A stretch of DNA of 64,000 nucleotides from contig NC_047023.1 of NCBI RefSeq assembly GCF_902652985.1, forward strand, positions 1,674,001-1,738,000. Direction: 5' to 3'. The notes under the pieces were generated by a model. That model saw only the letters and a program-made list of their open reading frames with translations, was not told where the DNA came from and searched no databases. A program made the position numbers and the translations under genes. Source of the stretch: Pecten maximus. Lineage: Eukaryota. Each line of letters opens with the position of its first letter. The first letter of the stretch is position 1. Of the stretch, positions 24,621 through 37,883 are shown in pieces.

Positions 24621-25665
24621 ACAATTGTCCGAAAGGTTTCAAGTTCCTATATTGTTTTTACGCTAAATTGTCTAATGACAAATGTCTTCAGCATTATGCT
24701 GTTATCTTGGGGAGGCTCGTTCAACCAAACCTTTGTTTGCACTGAAACAAATTATTGAATTTCTAGTCAGAGACAACAGTATCAAATGCTTCCTAGGTTA
24801 CTCCACCAGTCCACCTACATGTATTGAATTGGTGAAGCAGTTTGTCAATAATTCTCAAGCTTGTATTCAGTGTGTTCAACAAAATGCCACATAATCCATG
24901 GAACCATAATTAGGAAATCATCCTGATCAGTATATCTGTTAATAAGAGAATGAAACATCTTCCTGACCACTATCAATCCAAATGCGAGTTTTCAAGACTG
25001 TTAAACAGTCACTTGCATGCAGAGTGTTAGCTGGTCAGCACTGGTAACCCCAAAACATTGAATTTCCCCGCGCCAGTTTGAATTTTTAAATGTAAGTGAG
25101 AGTTTTAAATGTCGTGTTAATATATTCAGTGTAATTGAGGAATTCAGTGATATTCAATGTTAAGTGAGGTAGTTCAATGTAACCTGAGGAGCCGGTAGCC
25201 TGAGTCAAGGAGCCATGAACCGTTACGCATTGTATCCGTGCGCTCGACAAATGGTAGAGTTTACTTGTACTACTGGAATGCAGGAATATTTGTTGAATGT
25301 TCATAATGTTGTCACACTAAATATCACTTTTTTTTGTTTATTGACAGTCATCATTACCAGACTGGTAATGATGACTGTCAATAAAGAAAAAAGTGACATT
25401 AAGTATTATTTAAAATAGCTTAAAAATACAGTTTTAACAAAACAGTTCATTATAGCTTAGCATATAAATTCAGTTGTGTGCCACATTCTCTATCATACTG
25501 AAATTTTACTCTGAAGAGTTCTGACTATTATCTATAGAAATATAAGCAAAAGTTTGGGTTTAGTTTAGGTATAGACATTGTGGGGCCCATATGATCACTG
25601 ATCACGTGACTTGTCAGTCAATTCGTTATCTATTTTTTTCGTCACTGTTGTACGTTGTCGGGTCA

Positions 25666-26032
25666 TAAGATTTCCCAACAGTAGACAGTGGAGAATCAGA
25701 CAATGTACTCACTACTGCTACTTACATAGGATTTCCCAACAGTAGACAGTGGAGAATCAGACAATGTACTCAATACTGCTACTTACATAAGATTTCCCAA
25801 CAGTAGACAGTGGATAATCAGACAATGTACTCACTACTGCTACTTACATAAGATGTCCCAACAGTAGACAGTGGAGAATCAGACAGTGTACTCACTACTG
25901 CTACTTACATAAGATGTCCCAACAGTAGACAGTGGAGAATCAGACAGTGTACTCACTACTGCTACTTACATAAGATGTCCCAACAGTAGACAGTGGAGAA
26001 TCAGACAGTGTACTCACTACTGCTACTTACAT
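25666..26032. repeat. 61-bp minisatellite, 6 copies, just upstream of MRPS30 exon 2
   Basis: Unit taagat(t/g)tcccaacagtagacagtggagaatcagacagtgtactcactactgctacttaca. Confidence 0.95.
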
Positions 26033-26065
26033 AGTTCATAATACAATGTACTTTAATCATTTAAG

Positions 26066-26679
26066 GTGACTGGTCAGGATTGGAGCGAGAGTATGCATGG
26101 CAGATGTATCACTGGGAACAAGAAGTCCTGGAAATTCCCTCGGTAGAAGGGCGTATTGACTACATAAAAAAACTCCAGAAAAGCCACAACAAGTACAGGA
26201 TTGATGGCCAGTTTGCTTGGTTCTTTGATGGCAAAAGTCTCGAGCCGCGACTGCTCAATTATCAGTTTGACAAAACGAAGACATTTCCCATTGAAGGTCT
26301 TCCGAGTATATATGATAATGTGGACATTAAAAGTGATTTAGAAGCTCTTACTCCTGTAGTAAAAGACATCATATTAAGTGAGTGTGATAAAGTCTCTCGC
26401 AGATCGTCACTAGCCAACCCTGTTGGACTGAACAAGGAAAAGATTTCTAAATTGTTGATAAAAAGTCTGATTCTAAAGATCCTTTCAAGCCTGTCCTGTA
26501 GTCATTCCCATTTACTTACGGCGGAATTATCCGAGGATGTTTTCCAACAAGCATACTGGGATCGGTATTCTGATAGAGGGCTTCTCCCTGAAAAAGAAAA
26601 ACCTCAGAAAAAAGTGATGAAATATCAGGGAGAATATAAGACAAGTTTTCAACTGAGGACGGAGCTTCCATTACCAGAG
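26066..26679 (+). CDS. MRPS30: MRPS30 exon 2
   Basis: tttaag|GT GAC TGG ... CCA GAG|gtaggt. The translation includes QFDKTKT...GLP, HSHLLTAEL and QLRTELPLPE, and phases are consistent. Confidence 0.88.
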
Positions 26680-27289
26680 GTAGGTCACACTAGACTGGTC
26701 ATATGACCTGGTCCAATTACGCTATTGTCTTCCTACAATGGATGATCATGTATTCTGATACGCTACACCAGTTTTATACTTGATATTTTTCATTTTACCT
26801 TCAGAGTCAAGGTCAGAACATGGTGTCAGAGTTGTCTTGTGAATGGGTTTTGAGGTTATCTGGATGGCACAATATTTTTTTTTTTTTTATGAAATTCTAT
26901 TTACCATTTTATAGTACTATGTAATAACTTAATAACTGTGTAACAGAGTGAATGATTAACTAATTTTAAATCACTGCCTCTGCTAGGGATCAAACTCAGG
27001 ACTTCTGATTTACACTCAACCAATCTAGTTAAAGAGAATTCAAAGATCTTGCCGAAGGTGTGAAAAAAATTGCCCCCCCCCCCCCCCGCAGAGAAGTGTC
27101 ATTTCCGTGTCCATACAATGTAGGAAAATGCATGATTATCTTAATTTATATCACTGTCTCATCAATGGATCATACCAAACTGATTGGGTTAGAGGTCTCT
27201 CTAGCCGAGATGTATATTATGGCTATATATAGTATTTTACCAGAGTTAATTATCATAGTAAGAGTTGATAAGGTTATATTGTGTTACAG

Positions 27290-27401
27290 TTTGTGGGCAG
27301 AGACTCGGACACCTGTGTTGGTCAAGATTACCCAAAGTGTCCATATCACCCTATAGTATTAGGACAAAGGAAAGAGAAATGTACACCGCATTTTCTACCT
27401 G
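27290..27401 (+). CDS. MRPS30: MRPS30 exon 3 (FVGRDSDTCVGQDYPKCPYHPIVLGQRKEKCTPHFLP)
   Basis: gttacag acceptor, CCT G|gtaag donor and an open frame. It joins PLPE-FV and PG, as expected for mL65. Confidence 0.85.
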
Positions 27402-27824
27402 GTAAGACCTACATTTATTTATATATTTATTTATTTATCTATAAGTAGTCATTTGTCAGCTCGTAGATAGAAAGTATATATGTTGTAGTGTCATTCTTGG
27501 GCTCTCTTTTGTACAAAACTCCAACAGCAACATAAGGTTTCCATGTAGTCTGTAAATGGACATTAAATGGTCTCTATATATAATTAAAACAATATTTGAC
27601 AGAAAACAGTCAAGATCATAGTCCAACATATATATAATAAACACACTATTTGATTTGGAAATATCTCCCCCTATGTTCAGTAATAATGCTAACATGCTAT
27701 CAGATCATTGGTCTACAATAAGACTTTTACTATTCATTTTTAGTGTATATTTGTAGCTATATAGATTAACAGTCATACAATTAGTTTTTGTAATTAAGAG
27801 CATATATATTGGTCTTTGATTTAG

Positions 27825-28004
27825 GTGTAAACCGTGGTTCTCCGTGTGAGTTTGGATATTTGTCGGTGGAGACGGTCAACTCCTTCAAATTAGACAAGGC
27901 AGCTGTAGATTATCAGTCCAGTCCTGAAATCATACCAGAACTCTGGAAAGGATTCGCTCTAAGTTCCTCCTTCCTATCTACTGTAGCACAGGCTCACTAT
28001 CAAG
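27825..28004 (+). CDS. MRPS30: MRPS30 exon 4 (GVNRGSPCEFGYLS...VAQAHYQG)
   Basis: PCEFG.LS and AQA.YQG are mL65 motifs. The exon has a tttag acceptor and a G|gtaag donor. Confidence 0.9.
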
Positions 28005-28388
28005 GTAAGATATCACAACAGAGGACACAGGCTTACTATCAAGGTAAGGTATCACAACAGTCGACACAGGCTCACTATCAAGGTAAGATGTCACAACAAT
28101 GGACACAGGCTCACTGTCAAGGTAAGAAATCACAACAGAGGACACAGGCTCACTATCAAGGTAAGATATCACAATAGAGGACACAGGCTCACTGTCAAGG
28201 TAAGATATCACAACAGTTGACACAGGCCCACTATCAAGGTAAGAAATCACAACAGAGGACACAGGCTCACTATCAAGGTAAGATATCACACCAATAGACA
28301 CAGGCTCACTATCAAGGTAAGATATCACAACAGAGGACACAGGCTCACTATCAAGGTATGCTATCACAACAGACGACACAGGCTCACC
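27987..28388 (+). repeat. 39-bp tandem repeat copying the MRPS30 exon-4 end plus splice donor, 10 donors
   Basis: Unit cacaggctcactatcaag|gtaagatatcacaacagagga, with donors after 28004, 28043, 28082, 28121, 28160, 28199, 28238, 28277, 28316 and 28355. Confidence 0.95.
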
Positions 28389-29120
28389 AGTGAAAGATCC
28401 AGGGCGCGGGATGGTTAAAATCCCCCAAAATATACGTTTTGCCCCCATGGCCACTTGCAGAAAATATGTGGGGGCCAATTCACGCACAAATACTAGTGTG
28501 ACCCGCATATGTATCAACATAAAGCGGGTATAAGATGTGTTTAATAATATTTTTAAACATGTTTTTATCAATCAAACGGAATTATAGCAAGTACAATACC
28601 GTATTGGTGTTGTCTTTACAACAAACATGGTTTAGGCAGAAGTCGTAATTAGAGTTACTCCCCTTGAGTCGCAAGAACGCTTAAAAATTTGACGAAAATC
28701 CAAGCGCTTATGTGACCTTTAACAACTCAAACAAACATGGCGGAAGCCACCTCCACACAGAAAAAAATATCACGTTTCTTTAGGACTCACCATCATGATG
28801 TAGAGAGAAGGCCAAATAAAAACACTGAACATAATAAAGACACAGCAGTGGACACAACAAGAAATGATACGAATAAGAAACATTCTGCAAAAAAATGAAA
28901 ACACGATTTCCATGTAGATCTAGTTTGATGTTCATTATACATTAACATTGACTTTGTTTGATCATTTTCAGAATGAAAAATTCTGCATAAAGCATGATAT
29001 TCAGTCTATTAATATTTCCTATTATACAATATAGTAGACAATACAGCAAAAATTTAATTGCAAAACCTTAACTAAGTGCAGTGTTTAAGATTTGTCTAAT
29101 TTTTTTTTTAATTGTTACAG

Positions 29121-29530
29121 GATTCAATACCTACCACGACATGATGTATCCACTGACATCCCAGACCATAGTCACCGACGGCAGAAAGTTTCTATTTTCA
29201 GCGTATCAACTGAACACATTACACTTATGGAAGTCTGACGAAAGTAACCCAGTGTGTAATCTGTTCTGGCATAAAGAAATGACCTTGTTTGATGGTGTAC
29301 AAAATGGCACTCTAGTAGGTTTCAATGACGATGTACTTAAAACTTTACTCCAGTTTTTAGTGTTAGGCACACAAGATGGAGGCTACAACATGACACCAAC
29401 GATCTCTGACACCCAACCAACACAGACAATCGAGGACTTTGTACCTGTGGAGGAGGTTGTAGAACGAATACAACATGATGTTGATGAATTTACATTAGAA
29501 CATAACGCACTGAAGGAGGACAGTGATTAA
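29121..29530 (+). CDS. MRPS30: MRPS30 last exon (GFNTYHDMMYPLTSQTIVTDGRKFLFSAYQLNTL...)
   Basis: ttacag acceptor. P..SQ...TDG..F.F..YQLNTL is the conserved PDCD9/mL65 C-terminal motif, and TAA falls at 29528-29530. Confidence 0.92.
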
Positions 29531-29555
29531 AGGAAAAATCATCTCCCGTCTCCTA

Positions 29556-30285
29556 GGACTAAATCAGGCAGGGCTAAATCAGTCAGAGCGGGACTTTATA
29601 GGTCATCTCAAAGGACTAAATCAGGCAGGGCTGGACTTTATAGGTCATCTCCTAGGACTAAATTAGTCAGGGCTAAATCAGGCGGGACTGGACTTTATAG
29701 GTCATCTCCTAGAACTAAATCAGTCAGGGCTGGACTTTATAGGTCATCTCAAAGGACTAAATCAGTCAGGGCTAAATCAGGCAGGACTGGACTTTATAGG
29801 TCATCTCAAAGGACTAAATCAGTCAGGGCAGGACTTTATAGGTCATCTCAAAGACTAAATCAGTCAGGGCAGGACTTTATAGGTCATCTCAAAGACTAAA
29901 TCAGTCAGGGCAGGACTTTATAGGTCATCTCAAAGGACTAAATCAGTCAGGGCAGGACTTTATAGGTCATCTCAAAGGACTAAATCAGTCAGGGCTGGAC
30001 TTAATAGGTCATCTCAAAGGACTAAATCAGTCAGGGCTGGACTTTATAGGTCATCTCAAAGGACTAAATCAGTCAGGGCTGGACTTAATAGGTCATCTCA
30101 AAGGACTAAATCAGTCAGGGCTGGACTTTATATAGGTCATCTCAAAGGACTAAATCAGTCAGGGCTGGACTTTATAGGTCATCTCAAAGGACTAAATCAG
30201 TCGGGGCTGGACTTTATATAGGTCATCTCAAAGGACTAAATCAGTCAGGGCTGGACTTTATAGGTCATCTCAAAGGACTAAATCA
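29556..30285. repeat. ~41-42-bp minisatellite starting ~25 bp after the MRPS30 stop
   Basis: Unit ggactaaatcagtcagggctggactttataggtcatctcaaa. Confidence 0.93.
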
Positions 30286-30304
30286 TGCCGGCATCAACAC
30301 CTAA

Positions 30305-30613
30305 ATACATTTGGCGATTGCGAGCTCTGTTAACACTTCAATACACTTGGCAATGATGGGCTCTTCGTTAAAACCTCATGACACTTGGAGGTTGTGAGCT
30401 CTGTGTTAACACCTGGTTACAATTGGCGATTGTGAGCTCTGCGTTAAAACCTCATGACACTTGGCGATTGTGAGCTCTGTGTTAACACTTCAATACACTT
30501 GGCGATTGTAAGCTCTGTGTTAACACATCAATACACTTGGCGATTGCGAGCTCTGTGTTAACACATCAATACACTTGGCGATTGCGAGCTCTGTGTTAAC
30601 ACATCAATACACT
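30305..30613. repeat. ~38-bp minisatellite
   Basis: Unit acacttggcgattg(c/t)gagctctgtgttaacac(a/t)tcaat. Confidence 0.9.
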
Positions 30614-32446
30614 GTGCATGGATGATGGAGGGTGCTTTGTTAGCATTTTATTACCCTGGCTGATGGAGAGTTCTCTAAATATTGCAGGTGTATCTAGAAA
30701 TTTATTTCCATCTTTGTGATGTAACTTCCAGTATTGACTAGTAATTTGGTGTAAGAGGTGATTTAAATAAACAAATTCTACCCACCTGTAAGGATGTCTT
30801 TATGTCCATACTTTGGTTGGTCGTATGATATCTACCATCGGATGAAGTAAGCATGCTTTATTTACAAAGATTTAATCACCCTGATGTATGTAAAATACTT
30901 TTTAATAATCAAATGTACTCAGAGTTTGATGAAAATTTGTCAAAGTTTTCAACATTCTTTCTTTTTAAAGACAATTTGACTTTGTCATTCAGGATTTTGG
31001 TTAGTTTTAATTTCCGATGCATTATTTTGTTCAGTGGTTGAGATTATGATCTAAGGGAGGTAACCACCCTTATACAATGAAAAGTTCCAAGTATTATACC
31101 TTAGATGATAGACTGTATGTACATGTAATTTCAGATGACCTGTATATAAATGTCTTCTCTGTCTGTAATGTAATTGCTCATTTGATGGTTGATGAAATTA
31201 AATTATTTACTGTATGTACATAAAACAGTTTTTATCTTGGATTTGTTTATTGGCCAGTCATAAATAGTTAGAAATAGCTAATTAAACACAGACCCAAATA
31301 TTAATTGAAATTAATTCTGTGAGAATGTTTTAAGCATCATATTCTTCTGAAAGTGCCTCATATTATGGAATTTTAATTATAAATCTCTATCGTCATACTG
31401 TTAAGTCTGATGAAATGAATTCTTAGCTCACCTGGTCCAAAGGCAGATCCCACACTGGAATAATTTGTACATGTGTAATTCAATTTTCACATGAGTTTTC
31501 GTCATATTTGTCGATATCCAGGTGATAAATACAAGTCCTCTGGGCCTCTTATTAGTAATTAAAATAAATAAAAATTTACCTTTTATATCATTTATTAAAG
31601 AAAAATACATATGATACAATTCATAATGCTAAAGACAATTGATGACCTACACAGGAAAATCAGTCATTTGAGGGATTTTAACAATATTTATTTAATAATC
31701 CAGCATAATTAATGTAACATAATTTCCTTAATTAGAATAGTTTATGTACGTGTATTCCTTTCACAGTTAGTACAGTAGATGGCAGAAACCTTAGACTTGA
31801 GCAAGACTACCAAGGCGACTTGATGTAGACCTATATATTACAGTGTACGTGTTATTCAGTTCTATAACATAGCCATCAGTCACCTTGAACAAATCGTGAA
31901 CTTTGATATTGTGAATGATGTCTTGTTCAAAAATGGTTGGCTCATTTTAGTCCAATTTGAATGCAAAATTAATAATATGGTTAAAAACTGACATTCAGAA
32001 AGGGATGTACCCATCAAAAAAGCTTCAAAGGTGAAAATGAAACAAAATTTAATGACTTGTTCTACAATACTATGACTGCTACAACAAAACATTCCTATGT
32101 CTTTAAGGTTTTATGAGGCTTTTCTATAACATGTCAAACCAGTATATTAAATTAATCAATTTGTGTTTTAATCACCTCTAGGGCGTTGTACACATTTGGT
32201 GTATGGCCGTATTCAACCTAAGCACATTGTACTTACAGATACACAAAAAGGAGTGCGCTGAATCAAAACATGAAAGGGAAAGTTTCCATACAAGATCTGG
32301 TTGAAAAATTAAATAACATTATTTTGCATTTACAAATAGGATGTAGTGAAAAGTCTTGTGTTAAAGGACTGAAGATTATTTTATCAGATCAGTGAGATAA
32401 GGAAGTTTTTATATGTTTTAGTTAGTGCATCCATCCTCTTTTCACA

Positions 32447-34133
32447 TCTACATGACACGTGTAGTACATACAGGACACGTGTATAGTACCTACAGGACAC
32501 ACGTGTATTACCTACAGGGCACTTGTAGTACCTACAGGACACATGTATAGTACATACAGGACACATGTGTAGTACCTACAGGACACACGTGTAGTACCTA
32601 CATGACACGTTTAGTACATACAGGACACGTGTATAGTACCTACAGGACACACGTGTAGTACCTACAGGACACATGTAGTACATTAAGGACACGTGTAGTA
32701 CATACAGGACACGTGTGTAGTACCTACAGTACACGTGTAGTACCTACAGTACACGTGTAGTACCTACAGGACACGTGTAGTACCTATATGACACGAAGTA
32801 CCTACAGGGCACGTGTAGTACATTAAGGACACGTGTAGTACATACAGGACACGTGTGTAGTACCTACAGTACACGTGTAGTACCTACAGTACACGTGTAG
32901 TACCTACAGGACACGTGTAGTACCTATATGACACGAAGTACCTACAGGGCACGTGTAGTACATAAAGGACACGTGTAGTACCTACAGGACACGTGTAGTA
33001 CCTACAGGAAACGTGTAGTACCTACAGGACACGTGTAGTACCTATATGACACGTGCAGTACCTACAGGACACGTGTATAGTACCCACAGTACACGTGTAG
33101 TACCTACAGTACACGTGTAGTACCTACAGGACACGTGTAGTACCTATATGACACGAAGTACCTACAGGGCACGTGTAGTACATAAAGGACACGTGTAGTA
33201 CCTACAGGACACGTGTAGTACCTACAGGAAACGTGTAGTACCTACAGGACACGTGTAGTACCTATATGACACGTGTAGTACCTACAGGACACGTGTAGTA
33301 CCTACAGGAAACGTGTAGTACCTACAGGACACGTGTAGTACCTATATGACACGTGTAGTACCTACAGGACACGTGTAATACCTATATGACACGTGTATAG
33401 TACCTACAGGACACGTGTAGTACCTATATGACACGTGTAGTACATATATGACACGTGTAATACCTATATGACACGTGTAGTACATACAGGACACGTATAG
33501 TACATACAGGACACGTGTAGTACGTACATGACACGTGTAGTACCTACAGGACACGTGTAGTACCTATATGACACGAAGTACCTACAGGGCACGTGTAGTA
33601 CATCCAGGACACACGTAGTACCTACAGGACACGTGTAGTACCTACAGGACACGTGTAGCCTATATGACACTAGTAGTACCTATATGACACGTGTAATACC
33701 TATATGACACGTGTAATACATATATGACACGTGTAGTACATACAGTACACGTGTAGTACCTACAGGACACGTGTGGTACCTATATGACACGTGTAGTACA
33801 TATATGACACGTGTAGTACCTATATGACACGTGTAGTACATACAGGGCACGTGCAGTACCTACAGGACACGTGTAGTACGTACATGACACGTGTAGTACC
33901 TACATGACACGTGTAGTACCTACATGACACGTGCAGTACATACAGGACACGTAGTACCTACAGGGCACGTGTAGTACCTACAGGACACGTGTAGTACCTA
34001 TATGACACGTGTAGTACCTACATGACACGTGTATAGTACCTACAGGACACGTGTTGTACCTATAGTACACGTGTAGTACGTACAAAACACGTGTTGTACT
34101 TATAAGACACGTGAAAACTACAGGACACATGTA
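32447..34133. repeat. 20-bp minisatellite (acacgtgtagtacctacagg)n, rich in CACGTG
   Basis: Directly visible over about 1.7 kb, and most units contain the palindrome ACACGTGT. Confidence 0.96.
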
Positions 34134-34369
34134 CAAATATTTTCTCTCTTTAACCACATAATCAAGTTATCGGACCCTAAACATTGTATTGACTAATGAT
34201 ATATAGATGCTCAATAATAATAAAAAACAGTAATAATCTTAATGCATTGTCTAATATCCTACGTCTGATTCAATCAATCGATTAAGTAACATTTCCACGT
34301 GGTTCCCTTTACAAACCCATATCATCAGAAATCCTATACGAAGGAAATCCTAAATGTCCATAGACCACA

Positions 34370-36299
34370 TCACTTGCCATTGTCCGGGAGGGTGAGGCTG
34401 TAGATTTTTACCTCGCCGTGTTTGTTTCCAACCCAGACTAGACCGTCGTTACCATAGCCTACTGACCAGGGGTGATGGATACCGTCCTCCTTGGTCAGTA
34501 CTGCCAGGAACGTTTGACCAGTTTCGTCGAGAAGCATGATTCTGTGGTTGCTGAAATCCGCAACAAGAATCACGCCCTCGCTATCACAGCATATGCCTCG
34601 TGGACAGAAGCCGTCCGATTTTCTGTTCTTGCTTAGACTGAAATACTCTGTTTCCACATGTCCCTTGGAGTTTAATATCGTCACACAATTCCTCTTCCAA
34701 TCAGATATTGCAATATGTCCAGACTTTGTAGTCGCTAGCCGTGCTGGATACTCGACCAAGGGCGATCCAGCGAAAGACAGAATATTTGGCGTTTCCATTC
34801 GTTTTTCACCGTTCACTATTTTTTTCACGACTCTGTTTTTATGATGATTTTCGTAATCATAAAATGCATTTTTCTCTGTTAAACAAATGACAAGCGCGCC
34901 TTCGTTTTGGTCATACGCGATTCCCCTAGAACACAAATCCGTGTAAGTCAAAAGAGAAGTTTTTAGAGGTGTCGTCCACCATCACAATTTGTCTCGCAGA
35001 GTTACAAGATACATATTTCTTGTTGTCCGGCCCACAGATGATATCGTCCGCGGGAAGGTTCAAGTTTAACTTCTGATGGACCCTCCCCTTGCTGTCATAC
35101 AGCTGAATGATGCCGTCTATCCCTTCTATGACCCAGGCACGACCGTCCGCGACGTACGAGATAGCGGAGACTGGGGCACCAGCCGTCTTCGTGCAGAATT
35201 GGGATATTAGACGTGCTTTTGGCTTTTGAGGGACTGCCGGTCCTAAAAGTCCAAACGAAGGCAGGAATTCTTCCAAAGTCATCACTTTTGGATTAAATTG
35301 AATTCCTTGATTCTTCGGTAAAGATTGGACCGGTCCATCTAGCTTTAAACTTGTCAGTTTCCTTTGTAACTTCAGCCCGCCTTCTACGATTTCCACGTCA
35401 TCTGACTGTTTGACAGCCGCCTGAGATACAAGGTATATATTGGCGAAGGACTGTATGTTGTTTTCCAATTTTCTACCGATGTTTTTGACGGGAGCTATGT
35501 CTTTCCGGGAGTCTTCCCGGACTTGCTTCAACATAAACGTCTTCGTATCCTCGACCAGCGCGTGCCATACTTTGGCATGGTTGTTTATTTCCCTCATCGC
35601 CACTTCCTCTAGAGTCTCCAGTCTCTTGATTTGTTGTATTGCTTCTGTTTTTCTATCGTTCATCCAAAACAAATGATTGGCGAAGTCTTCAGATTCTAAC
35701 AGCCTCGCAAGTTGTTCACGGAATTTGTCGGACATTTCCGTTGCAACTCGGGACGTATGTAGCTTATGTTTCGTCATATTGCAGTGCTGACATACAAGCT
35801 TTTCACAGTCGATACAATAATATGTCTTCTTCTCATCCACGTGAATATCACAGTAAACATCTCGTGTCAACTTTCCTTGGAGGTGGTCCTTGCTGATCGT
35901 CGCAATGTGGTGTTCACGAGTCGTCTTAATGTTGTTATGATATTCAAAACATGTGTCGCAAAAATCTTGCGCGCACTCGACACATCTTCCTGTCGCGTTT
36001 TTGTCGTCATTACATACGTCACAGATAATACCTACAGTGGATGTCGACAGATTCAGGTACAGGTTTCTCTTGATGCCCTCAGCGCCCCGTTGTGGCGTGC
36101 GAGTGGCCGTATCACACAACGGACAGTCAATCGTCCCGTCAGGACAGACAGAGTTGATGTACCCGTCCAGACAGGACTTACAGTAGACATGACAACAGTC
36201 CAGCTCACGTGGGTCAGTGAAATCGTTACGACATAAATAACAGCGAGTGTTCTTTAAAAGGCCATATAGCGCGCGATTCCCTTCCTGTCGTCCAGCCAT
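34370..36299 (-). CDS. TRIM-NHL E3 ligase-like protein (RING, B-box1, B-box2, coiled coil, NHL repeats; TRIM2/3/56/71-like), intronless CDS with one apparent +1 frameshift near 34960
   Basis: RING CYLC...CCHVYCKSC...CPLC, B-box1 CDVC...CVECAQDFCDTC..H, B-box2 CDIH...CIDCEKLVCQHC...H, and NHL motifs PRGICCDSEGVILVADFSNHRI and YPARLA...IAISDW. The span is 1930 nt (3n+1). Confidence 0.88.
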
Positions 36300-37229
36300 G
36301 CTAGTTAGCGATCAGTGTAGGGTTATGACAGTAAGTTCTGAGTTCTCTCCCGATAGCTCTCATGTACATCTCCAATACACCGTTATCTAACGAATCCGTA
36401 TTGGATTCAGATTTGCGTAGAGTTAGCTCACACAACCTGAAAGTTAACAAGAAAAAGATCAACGGCTGAATCAGAACCATCGACACCGTCTGTAAATAAA
36501 ATGTCCACTTGCCGGATCTCTGATTGTGTAATTCTGTTCTACCAGGAATACTCCCCACTAGTTGTTATACCAGACGGATTAACGAAATCCAATAGTTCTA
36601 TTCATGTGTTTATTGACAACACAGCACGGGTTACCTGTTATCGAACAGGTAAACACTGATTAGGAAATTGATTGGACAAACAGGATGCACTTGTGTATAA
36701 ACACTTAGCATCAATATTCATAAACAAACATCACATTTTAAGCTACTTTAGAAATCACTGGACTATGTTATACTATTGCAGTACTCTCGTCACCATGGCG
36801 ACCAGGGTGACGAGATCCATTTCTAAGTTCAATTATTTTTTATTGAATGCATTAATTGGTGCGTGATTTCGACCTATGTCGTTTTACAGGTAATGGTGTG
36901 ATGTATTTTGAGTCTGAATAAGCACCAGCCAGTTTGTGTTAGATCAATAAATCTGTAGCTACAAGTCTCTAGTACACGCCCCAGCTCCCGCGTAAAAACC
37001 GATTCCTGATAAGCCATGGTCTGTATAGGAGAAAAGTAATTTCGTCATTTATGTAATAAGTTGTTAGTATCATTGCCGATGTCATCATCGTTGTCATCGT
37101 CGGCCCAGTTAATCGTTTATGAATTGATCTTTCAATTGAATTGACCCCAACCCCAACCCTTACCCTAATCAATGGGCTTCTATTTACTACCCTGTCGTCA
37201 CGTGAAAAACTTGGTTGAAATTATTTAAC

Positions 37230-37605
37230 CGATAGCTCCAACGAATTGCCCGATAGCACCAATGTCTTACTCATTAGCTCAAAAGACTTACACGATGACA
37301 CAAAATATTACACAATAGCTCAAAATTCTTACATGGAACAAAAGTTTGCACGGTAGCTCAAAGTGCTTACATGAAACTCAAAAGTTTACACCGTGGCTCA
37401 AATTGCTAACAAGAAACTCAAAAGTTTGCACGGTAGCTCAAAATGCCTACATGAAAGTCAAAAGTTTGCACGGAAGCTCAACATACTTAAATGATAGCTC
37501 AAAAGTTTACACGGTAGCTCAAAATACTTACATGATAATTCAAATGACTTACCTATTGGTCCAAAAATAAGCGGCTGATAGCTGAAACAAATTATCTGAT
37601 CGCTC
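37230..37605. repeat. degenerate ~21-bp array (tagctcaaaa...tac(a/t)c), probably internal to a non-autonomous element
   Basis: Recurrent (gg)tagctcaaaa and aactcaaaagtttgcac motifs. Confidence 0.6.
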
Positions 37606-37883
37606 AACAGACAACCCATTTATATCCTTGTCAGTTGTTGTAAGGTATTTCAGTGCAATTTCAATATATACAATGTTTTTTCTCTCACCATTCAAAATTT
37701 ATATTCTCCATATCGATTTGTTAATAAAAGTTCATTGCGTTTGACAGATATCCATAAAAGTATCCATTATTTACATATTGGACCGATTTGTTGACATAAT
37801 GGACATTCATAGCTAATTATAGTACTAATGCATATAGAACAATGGGTGAGCTATTATAACACTGAAACCCGCTGGTCGATTTT

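Noticed and set aside
27978-28571. Antisense 197-aa ORF with (SEPVSSVVISYLD)n repeats
   Set aside because: Reverse reading of the 39-bp donor array, with a non-ATG start and no independent support.
37143-37168. Telomere-like (cccaac/ccctta/ccctaa) run
   Set aside because: Only four imperfect units, which is typical of MITE/Helitron internal motifs rather than an interstitial telomere.
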